Assembly (NCBI GenBank): GCA_050246755.1
Contig: JBFWVL010000001.1
Location: 96,001 to 160,000 of the forward strand
Direction: 5' to 3'
DNA from: Bacteriovoracia bacterium
GTDB lineage: Bacteria; Bdellovibrionota; UBA1018; CAIPTA01
DNA length: 64,000 nt
The first letter of the stretch is position 1; every line of letters begins with the position of its first letter. The position numbers were made by a program, and so were the translations under genes. This document shows positions 20,186 through 29,701 of the stretch, one piece after another. Under the pieces are notes generated by a model. That model saw nothing but the letters and a program-made list of their open reading frames with translations, made no database searches and had not been told where the DNA came from.

Positions 20186-20752
20186 TTATGCCTTTCCCGC
20201 CTTGAGGTCGGCGAGCCGGCGCGACATCGCGTCCTTGAGGCCCTGCCATTTTTTCTTTTTCAGCACGTCGCTCACTTGATCGCGAATCGAATCCACCCAG
20301 GAGATCCCGGAGATCGATACGTCCACCACGCGCCAAGATCCGTCGCTGCCTTTTTGCAAGCGGTATTCTACGTCGGTAAGGTCGGCCTTATTCTGCACCG
20401 TGCTCTTCACGGTAGCGCCGTTCCCATTTTCTTTCACGGCCTCGTAATTGATCTTCACGCCGTTAAGAAATTCGGGCGCCTTAGGATAAACCGTGCGGGC
20501 GATGATCTCTTGCAGCGTGGCGCGGAACCATTCGAAATCTTTCGCCGGCGTGGTTTTGAAATTCTTGCCGAGCGCGCCCTTGGCGAGAGCCGAAAAATCA
20601 ACGGCCCCGTTCACTTCGGATTGCTTGGCCGCGCTGTTGGCGATTTCGGGCGCGCTGGCTTTCGCGAAGATATCCTGCACCACTTCCTGGGGTTTCTGGA
20701 TCGCGGCCAAGGCGGAGAAAGGCAGTAAGAGGCAGAGGATGGCGATTTTCAT
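20186..20752 (-). CDS. mlaC: MlaC/Ttg2D-family phospholipid-binding protein
   Basis: Start at 20752 (ATGA overlap with mtaB stop); VDFSALAKGALG; WRVVDVSISGISWVDSIRDQ. Confidence 0.8.
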   Translation of the reverse strand: MKIAILCLLLPFSALAAIQKPQEVVQDIFAKASAPEIANSAAKQSEVNGAVDFSALAKGALGKNFKTTPAKDFEWFRATLQEIIARTVYPKAPEFLNGVKINYEAVKENGNGATVKSTVQNKADLTDVEYRLQKGSDGSWRVVDVSISGISWVDSIRDQVSDVLKKKKWQGLKDAMSRRLADLKAGKA

Positions 20753-22107
20753 AACAGTTCTCCTTTTAGATAATCTTTTTCGCCCACGCCCACGATGCGC
20801 GCACGCACCAGTTCGTTCGGCTTGCAATCGGCGGGAATCAGCACGCGATGATAATTCCGGGCGTGGCCCTGAGAGCAAAGCCGCGTGCCCACGCGCACTT
20901 TCTTTTCTTCGATCAAAACTTCCATCACCGACCCCACTTTGGATTGCAGGGCGCCGGCGAGCTTTTTCTCCCCAAGCGCACGGAGACGGGCGGCGCGCTC
21001 CTGAATGATGGCACGGGGCACCTCCTGCCCTCCGGCCACGATCCTGGCGGCGGTAGTATTCCGCCGCACGGAAAAAGGAAACACGTGTGCGCGCGTCCAG
21101 GGGAGACGCTCGAGCCGCGCGAAAGAATCCTCGAATTCTTCGTCGGTCTCGGTGGGAAAACCCGCGATCACGTCCATGCCCACGTAGGCGTGGGGAAGCT
21201 TTTGGGCGATCGCGCTCAGGCGCTCTTCCACTTCGCCGGCGCCGTAGCCGCGCTTCATCGCCTTAAGCACCGAAGAGTTCGCCGACTGCAGCGACACATG
21301 AAAGTGCGGGCAGAGCCGCGGCTCAAACGCCATCAGGTTCAGCAAGCGATCGGGAATTTCCGCGGGATCGAGCGAAGTGAGGCGCACACGGCGAATCGTG
21401 GTTTCGGCCAGAACTTTTTCCACGAGGGCGGTGAAATCCATCCCGCCGGATTCATAATCCGCGGCGTGGATTGCGGTGAGCACCACTTCTTTCACGCCGG
21501 CCTGCACGAGCGCATTCACTTCGGCCACGATCTCGGCGGCCGGGATGCTGCGGCTGCGGCCGCGCGCCATGGGAATCACGCAGTAAGAACAGAAAGCGTT
21601 GCAGCCGTCCTGCACTTTAAGGAAGGCCCGGGTGCGTGGCGCGCCCGAAGAATAGTCCGGGCCGATCTGCGGCGGGCGATTCTCCAGAATCCGGCTATGC
21701 CACGCGGCCCGATCGCCCGATACCACTGCGCCCGCGGATTTTTCCCCGGCGAGCCAGGAACTCACCACGTTAGCTAATTCAAACTTTCCACTATTGCGAA
21801 CCACACGCACATCTTTTCCGGCGGGAGCGGCGCCCGTGAGAACGTCGGGATCCACCTCGGCCAGGCAACCCGTGGCGATCGTGAGTCCCGCTTGCGTGGC
21901 GCGGAGGAAGTGTTTCGCTTCCTTATCCGCTTGGTCCGTAACCGTGCAGGTATTGAGCAAGTATAAATCGGGAGTTTGATCATCGGGGGCCGAACGCCCC
22001 CCCAGATTTTGCAGCGTTGCTTCAAGCGCGTGCGAGTCGGTCAGGTTCGCCTTGCAGCCCATCGTAGAAATACTATAGGTGAAAGCGCTTTTCCCCGGCT
22101 CAGTCAA
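20749..22107 (-). CDS. mtaB: tRNA t6A37 methylthiotransferase (MiaB/RimO family radical SAM)
   Basis: TMGCKAN, LNTCTVT, TGC, LKVQDGCNAFCSYCVIP..RG, HVFPFS, C-terminal TRAM-like domain. Probable TTG start about 22107. Confidence 0.88.
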   Translation of the reverse strand: MTEPGKSAFTYSISTMGCKANLTDSHALEATLQNLGGRSAPDDQTPDLYLLNTCTVTDQADKEAKHFLRATQAGLTIATGCLAEVDPDVLTGAAPAGKDVRVVRNSGKFELANVVSSWLAGEKSAGAVVSGDRAAWHSRILENRPPQIGPDYSSGAPRTRAFLKVQDGCNAFCSYCVIPMARGRSRSIPAAEIVAEVNALVQAGVKEVVLTAIHAADYESGGMDFTALVEKVLAETTIRRVRLTSLDPAEIPDRLLNLMAFEPRLCPHFHVSLQSANSSVLKAMKRGYGAGEVEERLSAIAQKLPHAYVGMDVIAGFPTETDEEFEDSFARLERLPWTRAHVFPFSVRRNTTAARIVAGGQEVPRAIIQERAARLRALGEKKLAGALQSKVGSVMEVLIEEKKVRVGTRLCSQGHARNYHRVLIPADCKPNELVRARIVGVGEKDYLKGELL

Positions 22108-23257
22108 GCGTGGCTCCCGCGGGGGAAACCGACTCGATCCAGCCTCCGCCAAGCACGGTTTCGCCCTCGTAGAGCACCACGGCTTGCCCCGGCGTGATCG
22201 CGCGCTGCGGTTCCACGAATTCGATCTCGGCGCGGTTGCCGGCAAATAAGCGCACTTTGGCGGGCGAGCCTTCATGGCGCGAGCGAATCCGCGCGGTCAC
22301 CAAGCGATCCTGGGTGAAATCGCCGCCGGCCATCCAATTGAAATCCTGCGCAATGAAAGTGCTACGGAATAAATTCTTTTCCGGTTCGAGGCGCACGTTC
22401 CCGCTATCGGGATCGATGGCGGAGATAAATAGGTCGCTGCCGTAGTTGAGTTTCTGCGCCATTTGGAGCACTTCCGGCGGGATGCCTTTTCGCTGGCCCA
22501 CCGTAAAGTGATGCACGCCGAGGTGAGCCCCCGCGATTTCGCCGGAGGGAAGCACGAAATTTCCGGGCACGAATACTCCGGGGCCCACTTTTCCCTCGAT
22601 GAATTTCGCGTAGCCTTCCGAGCCCACGAAGCAAATTTCCTGGGAGTCCGGCTTTTTTGAAACGCGCAGCAGGCCGAGCTCTTCGGCGAGCTTTCTCACC
22701 TGAATTTTGCGCAAGTCGCCCAGCGGCATGAGCGTGCGCTTGAGCTGCTCCTGCGAAAGCCCGAACAAGTAATAGCTCTGGTCTTTCAGCTCATCCACCG
22801 CGCGCAGGATCGAATAGCGGCCGCTTTGATCATCGTGGTGCACTTTCGCATAGTGGCCCGTGGCCACGAAATCGGCGCCCATTTCGAGGGCGCGCTCCAT
22901 CAAATAATCAAATTTTATGTAGTTATTGCAGAGCACGCAGGGGTTGGGGGTGCGGGCCTGCAGGTACTCGGCCACGAAGTAATCGATCACGCGGGACTCG
23001 AAGGCATCCACGGCGTTCACCACGAAAAAAGGAACGCCTAGGGTATCGCAAACACGGCGGGCGTCATTCATGTCCGAGATCGAGCAGCAGGAATCGAATC
23101 GATCCTTCTCGTCTTTCTTGGCATCGAAGGTCTGGATCGACATTCCGATCACGTCGTAGCCCTGCAATTGCAGGAGCGCGGCCGTAACGGAAGAGTCTAC
23201 TCCTCCGCTCATGGCTACCACCACTTTGCCTTTGGATTTCGATACTTGTGTGGGCAT
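22100..23257 (-). CDS. mnmA: tRNA-specific 2-thiouridylase
   Basis: AMSGGVDSS, TPNPCVLCN, ATGHY, KDQSY, DSQEICF, PQRAITPGQAVVLY. Confidence 0.96.
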   Translation of the reverse strand: MPTQVSKSKGKVVVAMSGGVDSSVTAALLQLQGYDVIGMSIQTFDAKKDEKDRFDSCCSISDMNDARRVCDTLGVPFFVVNAVDAFESRVIDYFVAEYLQARTPNPCVLCNNYIKFDYLMERALEMGADFVATGHYAKVHHDDQSGRYSILRAVDELKDQSYYLFGLSQEQLKRTLMPLGDLRKIQVRKLAEELGLLRVSKKPDSQEICFVGSEGYAKFIEGKVGPGVFVPGNFVLPSGEIAGAHLGVHHFTVGQRKGIPPEVLQMAQKLNYGSDLFISAIDPDSGNVRLEPEKNLFRSTFIAQDFNWMAGGDFTQDRLVTARIRSRHEGSPAKVRLFAGNRAEIEFVEPQRAITPGQAVVLYEGETVLGGGWIESVSPAGATLD

Positions 23258-23312
23258 TTGGGGCCGAGATTACAGGCTTCGACGCCGAACGTCAACCGCG
23301 AGCGAGCATCGT

Positions 23313-24548
23313 TTAATGGGCCGGAATTCCCGTGCGGAGCGATGCGCGCTGGGGCTGGGCGCGGATTCTTTCGACCACTCGCATCAAAACCAGCACAAAT
23401 CCCCTAATTTCTTCCTCGGTATTTCCGCTACCTAGGGAAACCCGCAATGCCGATTGCGCCGCCAACTTATCGAATCCCATTGCCAAAAGAACGTGAGACG
23501 GCAAAATCGTGCCCGAGTTACAGGCGGATCCCGAGGAGAGCGCGTAGCCCTCGAGATCGAGGCCCATCAGGAGCGATTCCCCCCTCACATCGGCGAAGAG
23601 AAAGTTGCTGGTGTTCACCAAGCGCTTTGCCTTGGAACCCTGAATCTGGGCTCCGGGCACCCCGGCCACTACTAACTCTTCCAATAATTTCCGGAGGCGA
23701 TCCGTCTCATTTAAATCTTTTTTGGCCAAGGCCGCGGCGGCGGCGCCAAAAGCCGCGATTCCGGCCACGTTCATCGTGCCTGCCCGGCGGCTGCGCTCAT
23801 GGGCTCCGCCGTGGAGGAGAGGAATCAGCTTCACGCCCCGGCGAATCAGCAGCGCCCCCACCCCTTTGGCTCCCCCAATTTTGTGCGCGGAGAAGCTCGC
23901 CAGGTCTACCGGCGCTCCCGCCAGCGTAAAACCAGGAAGCTTTCCCGGCGCCTGCACGGCATCAAGGTGAAATAAGGCGCCGTATTTTTTGGCGATCGCG
24001 GCCGCTTCGGCCCAAGGAAAGATCACGCCGGTTTCGTTGTTGGCGGCCATCATCGAAACCAGCGTGGGTTCGCCCTTCACTTCCTTGAGCAGGCCTTCCA
24101 AAATTCCGAGGTCTAATTCCCCCTGGGAATTCACCGGCATGATGGCCACGGCGGCCCCAAGCTCGGCGAGGAAGCGTAAGGTATCGAGGGTGGCTTCGTG
24201 CTCCACTTCGGTGGTGATGAAATGGGCGCGCAGCCCCAACTTCTGCTGCTGAAAGAAAAAACCCTTGAGCGCGGTATTGATGGATTCGGTGGCCGAAGCC
24301 GTGAAACAGATATCTTCCGGTTCCTCGATCCCGAAGGCGGCGGCGATCAGCTCACGTGCGTCTTCAATCGCGGCCTTGCCCTTACGGCCGGCGGCGTGGA
24401 TGCTAGAGGCATTACCAAAATTAGAATGGGAATCAGAAAGGGTGGAAGAATAAAGGAGCAGAGCACCTTGGGCGCCCTGCTCCATTATGGTCGTGGCATT
24501 ATGATCAAGATAGATCGGTTTCAATGCGCTTGTTATTGGTCTGTTCAT
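23313..24548 (-). CDS. Cysteine desulfurase (IscS/NifS group I)
   Basis: IYLDHNATT, ANNETG, HLDAVQ, SAHK, SSGSAC. Likely start MNRPITS at 24548. Confidence 0.92.
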   Translation of the reverse strand: MNRPITSALKPIYLDHNATTIMEQGAQGALLLYSSTLSDSHSNFGNASSIHAAGRKGKAAIEDARELIAAAFGIEEPEDICFTASATESINTALKGFFFQQQKLGLRAHFITTEVEHEATLDTLRFLAELGAAVAIMPVNSQGELDLGILEGLLKEVKGEPTLVSMMAANNETGVIFPWAEAAAIAKKYGALFHLDAVQAPGKLPGFTLAGAPVDLASFSAHKIGGAKGVGALLIRRGVKLIPLLHGGAHERSRRAGTMNVAGIAAFGAAAAALAKKDLNETDRLRKLLEELVVAGVPGAQIQGSKAKRLVNTSNFLFADVRGESLLMGLDLEGYALSSGSACNSGTILPSHVLLAMGFDKLAAQSALRVSLGSGNTEEEIRGFVLVLMRVVERIRAQPQRASLRTGIPAH

Positions 24549-25023
24549 TCTGGATTCCAACGTTCGTGTTCGTTGCGTTGGTGCCAGCCTGAGCAGCGGT
24601 TTTGGTATCGCCACGGGCCTTGCGAATCAAATCGCCGAGGGTGGTGGTTTCCAAATACTCTTGCATCAGCACTGCGAGGTTTTCGAAGTAGCTCTTGGTA
24701 AGAACGAATTCTACCGTGGAGTCCTTCACGTCAACCGGACCAACGATATCGCGGGCGGGGTTGATGTTCTCGCCTACCGAGAGGAGTACATCTTTCACTG
24801 CGATGTCGTCCATGGAGCGGGCTAGCAAGTAGCCGCCACCAGGGCCGCGTACGCTTTTTACTACGTTGCCTTTACGAAGGCGACGGAACAATTGCTCCAA
24901 GTAGTGTAGCGAAATCTTTTGGCGCTCGCTGATTTCCTGCAACCGAACCGGCTTTCCGCTCGAATTGAACGTAAGATCCAGAATCGCCCGCACTGCGTAT
25001 CTACCTTTAGAAGTAAGTCTCAT
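24505..25023 (-). CDS. Rrf2-family transcriptional regulator (IscR/CymR-like, cysteine-free)
   Basis: MRLTSKGRYAVRA, ISERQKISLHYLEQLF, SVRGPGGGY; no Cys in the protein. Confidence 0.92.
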   Translation of the reverse strand: MRLTSKGRYAVRAILDLTFNSSGKPVRLQEISERQKISLHYLEQLFRRLRKGNVVKSVRGPGGGYLLARSMDDIAVKDVLLSVGENINPARDIVGPVDVKDSTVEFVLTKSYFENLAVLMQEYLETTTLGDLIRKARGDTKTAAQAGTNATNTNVGIQNEQTNNKRIETDLS

Positions 25024-25091
25024 ATTCGTAACCCCCTAGGCTCTCGCCCATTCCATACTATCCATCTGATTTTTTACCATCGCGCTGATCG

Positions 25092-25116
25092 GGCATCAAC
25101 TAATCGGGTCAACTAG
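25092..25116 (-). promoter_or_regulatory. Possible Rrf2 autoregulatory site / -35 element
   Basis: Minus strand CTAGTTGACCCGATTAGTTGATGCC resembles IscR type-1 boxes (ATAGTTGACC...) and contains TTGACC. Confidence 0.35.
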
Positions 25117-25189
25117 TCACGCATCGATGCAACGCATCATATGAATGTTTTCTCCTATTGGAATAATAAAGTCAACAACCAAAAATGTT

Positions 25190-25633
25190 TTAGTCGACAA
25201 TTTTTAGTGAGGCAGAAAAAGTTATCGATCGACCAGTCGCGTCAGTCTCGAGATGCACGTCAATCGAGCGTCTCGAGATAGGCAAGTTCGGCAGTCGGAT
25301 TTGATCCGGCCACTCAATAAAATAGATTTTCTCCTCTTCGAAGAACTCGGCGCCGCCAAACTCTTCCAATCCCGAGTTACTCGATAACCTATAGAAATCA
25401 CAGTGGATTATGGGGGCAACCAAGCTTTCATACTCGTGAACAAGGGAAAAGGTAGGACTATGAACTTCTGCGGCATCTCCCCCCAGCCCACCCACAAGTC
25501 CGCGAACCAAAGTAGTTTTTCCCGCCCCCAGCGACCCTGTAATTTTTACAATATCACCTGGCTTCAAGATCCTGGAAAACTTCTCCCCAAAACGTTCGGT
25601 GGCTTCCGAATCGGGTAAAAAAACTTTCTTCAC
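25190..25633 (-). CDS. tsaE: tRNA threonylcarbamoyladenosine biosynthesis ATPase
   Basis: GSLGAGKTT, VHSPTFSLVHEY, HCDFYRL, IEWP. Confidence 0.95.
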   Translation of the reverse strand: MKKVFLPDSEATERFGEKFSRILKPGDIVKITGSLGAGKTTLVRGLVGGLGGDAAEVHSPTFSLVHEYESLVAPIIHCDFYRLSSNSGLEEFGGAEFFEEEKIYFIEWPDQIRLPNLPISRRSIDVHLETDATGRSITFSASLKIVD

Positions 25634-27189
25634 GATAAAAGTTCGCGCTGCTTTCGGAGGTCGAGGAAAGAATCTCCGAGGTGAGAAATGATATCGGAGG
25701 CCGTCATGGAGCGGTGACCAAGACGCTGAGAAGCAAAATCCCCCGCCATGCTGTGGAGAAACACGCCAAGGCAGACCGCATCTTTAGGATCCATCTTCTG
25801 CTGGCCCACAATCCCGCCAATCATTCCGGCCAGCACGTCGCCCGAGCCCGCGGTGGCCATCCCATCGTTAGGATAATGGTTCAGGTAGATATGCCCGTCG
25901 CCCGCGCAGATAAAGGTGGTGGCGCCCTTCAGCAGCACGATCGAATTAGTTTCCTCGGCGGCGCGTTCCACCATTTCCTTGGGATGATCCACTACCTCGG
26001 CCTTGGGCACGCTCAGCAGGCGCGAGAGCTCGCCGGGGTGCGGGGTGAGGATCGTAGGGCCTTTGCGGCGGTGTAATTTTTCCCGCAGCTCGGGTTTGGC
26101 GAGGAGGGTAATGCCGTCGGCGTCGATCACGAGCGGACCGCGGAAATAGTCGATAAAATCGCCCAAAACTTTTTGGGCGCGCTCATCGGTGCCCATGCCG
26201 GGCCCTACCACCACCGAGGAATAATGATTCACGGCCTCGCGGCTTTTTAGGTAGCTCTCCTCTTCCATCCAGAGGGGATGCACCATCAATTCATCTTCCA
26301 CGCGCGTGAGCAATTGCTCGTAGGAATCGTCCCAGGTGAGCACGCTCACCAGGCCGGATCCCACCCGCAAGCAGGCCCGGGCCGCCATCGAGATCGCGCC
26401 GAGCGTTCCCTTGGATCCGCCGAACAATAAAGTGTGGCCGAAAGAATTTTTATGACCATAGCGATCGCGGCGGCGCAAGAGCGGAGCCACATTGGATTTC
26501 GCGAGCGCGTGGATGCCGCCTTCGTTGCGGAAGGAAACCGGCAAGGCGATGTCCACGATGCGCAGCTCCCCGCGGTGCACGGCGCCCGGCGCGATATAGT
26601 GGCCGATTTTGGCGAAGCCGAACGCGATGGTGAGGTCAGCGTAGATGGCCTGGCCGATCACGGCGCCGGTGGTGGCGTCCACGCCGGTAGGAATATCGAG
26701 GGAGATCACGAAATCGGTTTTGGCGTTGATGATATCCACCACGTCGGCAAAAAGGCCGGCGAGCGGCCCCTTGAATCCGATGCCGAGCAAACCGTCCACG
26801 CAGAGGAAAGGCCCCGTGGCGCTCTCGAAAAATTCCTCGAGGGGGCCCACGTTATCGAGCACGACCGGGCGGATTTTTTGCTCGAGCAGAATTTCCAGAT
26901 TCTGCTTCGACTCGTCTTTGTAGGCATCGAAGCTATGAAGGAGAAATAGCTTTACGCGTTTGCCCATGGCCACGAGCTGACGCGCCACCACGAGGGCATC
27001 TCCGCCGTTCTTCCCTTTGCCGGCGAAGACCAAGATATCGGAGCCGTAATTGAGCTCTGCTTGTTTGGCGGCCACGATCTCGGCGGCGCGGAGACCTGCG
27101 TTTTCCATCAGCACGATGGAAGGAATTTTAAATTTACGAATGGCGAGCTCGTCGATGTCTCGCATTTCCCGGGATGTCACTACGCGCAT
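25630..27189 (-). CDS. nnr: Bifunctional NAD(P)H-hydrate epimerase/dehydratase
   Basis: LMENAG, GKGKNGGD, DIPTG; HKNSFG, IDADG, LTPHPGE, MATAGSGDVLAG. Confidence 0.93.
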   Translation of the reverse strand: MRVVTSREMRDIDELAIRKFKIPSIVLMENAGLRAAEIVAAKQAELNYGSDILVFAGKGKNGGDALVVARQLVAMGKRVKLFLLHSFDAYKDESKQNLEILLEQKIRPVVLDNVGPLEEFFESATGPFLCVDGLLGIGFKGPLAGLFADVVDIINAKTDFVISLDIPTGVDATTGAVIGQAIYADLTIAFGFAKIGHYIAPGAVHRGELRIVDIALPVSFRNEGGIHALAKSNVAPLLRRRDRYGHKNSFGHTLLFGGSKGTLGAISMAARACLRVGSGLVSVLTWDDSYEQLLTRVEDELMVHPLWMEEESYLKSREAVNHYSSVVVGPGMGTDERAQKVLGDFIDYFRGPLVIDADGITLLAKPELREKLHRRKGPTILTPHPGELSRLLSVPKAEVVDHPKEMVERAAEETNSIVLLKGATTFICAGDGHIYLNHYPNDGMATAGSGDVLAGMIGGIVGQQKMDPKDAVCLGVFLHSMAGDFASQRLGHRSMTASDIISHLGDSFLDLRKQRELLS

Positions 27190-27300
27190 GGAAGCCTCCG
27201 GAAAGGAGCTTAGCATAAGGAAGCGGAGGCGAATAATGGGTTTCCGATGCTGCAGAGTGCCGCCCTAGGCGCACAGGGATTTCCTTGCTAGATTCTCCCC

Positions 27301-27801
27301 ATGAAATACTTATTTGCCCTTTTCCTTCTCTCGGCTTGCGCCACTGCCGCTCCCAAATCTTCGGTTCACTCCGCCACGGAAAAAAAAGAAGAGGATGCGC
27401 CCGCTCTCTCTCACCGCGGCGGCTCTCCGCTCAAGGAGTTCACCTTCAGTAAGGAAAACGCGGAGAAGCTCTATGGTGCGCTGAAAGAAATTGGCGTGCG
27501 CCCCATTCGCGATGGCTCCGTTACCTACCTCACCGCCCACGATCTTTCCTGCACGCTCGTGCCCACCCAAAACGACGCCGCCACGGAATGCGAATATTGG
27601 GACGGTGCCCCTGGCGCGAAAAGCCGCAAGCAGCATTTGGTAAAAAACAAAAAAGGCCTCGAAAACCTGCGCCTCTTCCTCAGCGAGTACCCCGTGGAGC
27701 AAGGCGATACCGGCGCCGTGGTGCGCTTCGCCCAATGCCGGGTATACCGAGAGAGCCTGGACTGCTTTCTAGCGATTCATATGAACTATGAGGGGCCGTA
27801 A
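27301..27801 (+). CDS. Hypothetical lipoprotein
   Basis: Lipobox LSAC; four further Cys in two similar halves. Confidence 0.7.
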   Translation: MKYLFALFLLSACATAAPKSSVHSATEKKEEDAPALSHRGGSPLKEFTFSKENAEKLYGALKEIGVRPIRDGSVTYLTAHDLSCTLVPTQNDAATECEYWDGAPGAKSRKQHLVKNKKGLENLRLFLSEYPVEQGDTGAVVRFAQCRVYRESLDCFLAIHMNYEGP

Positions 27802-27941
27802 GAATTCCCCTCAAATCCCATCACGGCCTCCAGGGCGTTCGGCATATCATTCCTCAGTAAACGGCAGAAAAAACAAAAGCCAGAACCTCTCGGTTCCGGC
27901 TTTCCTATTTGGCCGGTGTTTTAACGAAATAGCCGAAGAGC

Positions 27942-28250
27942 CTATTTTTTCTTTACGCTTTTTACCACGCAGGTATCTTCCGTGCCTTTTGCGGTAACGG
28001 TAAAAAACTCCGCCGGATACTCTTGGGAACTGGCTCCGTCACTATATTGGGCAAATACTTCTACTTCGTAGCGAAGAGTATTTCCGCGAGCGCTAACCAA
28101 AACGGCATTGACCATTTCCAAGCTGCTGGTATCGACCGTTACGAACTCAAACGCCGCTTTGCTCACCGTTTCTTCACAAGTAGCCGCAGCTGCAGTTTGC
28201 GCTGCAAAGCCAGAAGCAATAAATAAGGTTAGTACGATTAAATTTTTCAT
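27942..28250 (-). CDS. Small secreted hypothetical protein (two Cys)
   Basis: GGAG RBS, signal peptide MKNLIVLTLFIASGFAAQTAAA. Confidence 0.65.
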   Translation of the reverse strand: MKNLIVLTLFIASGFAAQTAAAATCEETVSKAAFEFVTVDTSSLEMVNAVLVSARGNTLRYEVEVFAQYSDGASSQEYPAEFFTVTAKGTEDTCVVKSVKKK

Positions 28251-28366
28251 ATTTGTCTCCAAAAAAATTATAGAAATCGCTTATATTGCATTGCGCCAAA
28301 ATAACAAAGAATATTTTTATTAGGATTCGATGAAGGTTTAGCGCCTAGCTCACAATCGTCAGGGCC

Positions 28367-29575
28367 TTAGCGCAAGATTCCGGCGAGGGTTTTCTTAAAA
28401 CTCGCCGTCCAGTAATTCCCGCAGTGGCCACCGGCCTCGAACACGTGCAGGCGGGAGCCGAGCGTCTCTTCCAGGCTCGCCAGATCGCGGGGGCGCAAAA
28501 GAAAATCATCCACGCTGGTGATCACGTGGATCTTGGAATTGCGCGTATTCTTCAAGGCGCGATTCAGGCCGGCCCCCTGAATAAGCGCGGAGAAATTCGT
28601 GGAGGTTCTGCCGCGCCCGTCTAACGCAGCTCCCGCGTAGACTATATATTTTTCAAACGTGACGGAACGGAGAGAAGCTTCCACTCTCCCCCGCCGCTCT
28701 CCGCTGAAAAAATCCGGATAAGCCGCAAATAGCCCTCTGGTAATTGCCTTCAGCGACTGCTGAAAACTTTCGCCAATTACCTTTTGCCCCTTTTCCTCTT
28801 CAGCGGGCAAAAACATGCGGATCGCCTCCACGCCTTCGCGCGAAATCCCTTCCTGCGCCTGCAGGTAAGCCCAGATCAATTCGAAGTGAAGGTCCGGTAC
28901 CGAATCGGCGTTCCGCAGAGAAAGCCGGATCATGTCGTCGAGCCGGTCCATCGCGTAGTTCAAGCTCACGGGAGGATTCAAGGCGATCAACTTATCGAAG
29001 GGCAATGCGGGAGATTGGCCATTTTCGAGAATCGCATACAGCCCGCCGAGCGAAGAGCCCATCAAGAAGAGTTTTCGTGGCTGACCGCGGTTGTGCCGAT
29101 ACAATTCCACGGCGGCTTCGAACATGCGATGGGCATCCACCGCATCTTTTTGCGGCAAGCCGACCAAACCGTCGGCGGAAAAGGATTTTTGGAATTCGGG
29201 GCTGAAAGGATTGGCCAGAACCAGAGAATCGTAACCGAGGCTGGCCACCAATTCGGCGAGCACGTTCGAAATTCCCGACGAAGCCCCGCCGCCCGTGCCC
29301 GGCAAAATCAGGAATAGGCCCTTCGTGTTTGGCTGCGCAGATTTCCAAAAACGGATCGGCAGCTCTTTCCGGGAATTTGGCACAGGCAGCAAGAGATCGA
29401 CGCCGAGGTCCTTACTGGGCTGGCCGATTCCCGCGAGCACGGTGGACTGGAACCAGCTCCAGCCCTTCATCTCGGAGGGCAGAAGGGTATAGGCACGCGC
29501 CGAGGGAGAGAGGACGCAAAGCAGGAGGACGATCCGTCCCCAGCCCTTCAGCCACTTACCCTTCCTATTTCGCAT
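28367..29575 (-). CDS. Secreted alpha/beta hydrolase
   Basis: ILPGTG oxyanion region, GSSLG nucleophile, DDFL, GGHCG. Confidence 0.85.
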   Translation of the reverse strand: MRNRKGKWLKGWGRIVLLLCVLSPSARAYTLLPSEMKGWSWFQSTVLAGIGQPSKDLGVDLLLPVPNSRKELPIRFWKSAQPNTKGLFLILPGTGGGASSGISNVLAELVASLGYDSLVLANPFSPEFQKSFSADGLVGLPQKDAVDAHRMFEAAVELYRHNRGQPRKLFLMGSSLGGLYAILENGQSPALPFDKLIALNPPVSLNYAMDRLDDMIRLSLRNADSVPDLHFELIWAYLQAQEGISREGVEAIRMFLPAEEEKGQKVIGESFQQSLKAITRGLFAAYPDFFSGERRGRVEASLRSVTFEKYIVYAGAALDGRGRTSTNFSALIQGAGLNRALKNTRNSKIHVITSVDDFLLRPRDLASLEETLGSRLHVFEAGGHCGNYWTASFKKTLAGILR

Positions 29576-29652
29576 GGGGCTCGAAGTATCGAATGGGGAG
29601 GAGAAGGTCAAGGGAAAATTGACTCAACGCATTATCCTGAAGGAAGCCTAAT

Positions 29653-29685
29653 AAAAAAGGGCCAGCGCGGAAGCGCCAGCCCTTT
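29653..29685 (-). terminator. Rho-independent terminator
   Basis: Imperfect GC hairpin (AAAGGGC...GCCCTTT) ending in T6 on the minus strand, just after the 29702 stop. Confidence 0.6.
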
Positions 29686-29701
29686 GCAGTCTCCGCAAAA
29701 A

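Noticed and set aside
16747-20728. Long plus-strand ORFs 16747..18381 and 19418..20728
   Set aside because: Antisense to well-supported aminotransferase/ino1/tolC/mlaC genes.
22108-22275. N-terminal extension of mtaB in the ORF track
   Set aside because: Lies inside mnmA; homology begins near TMGCKAN.
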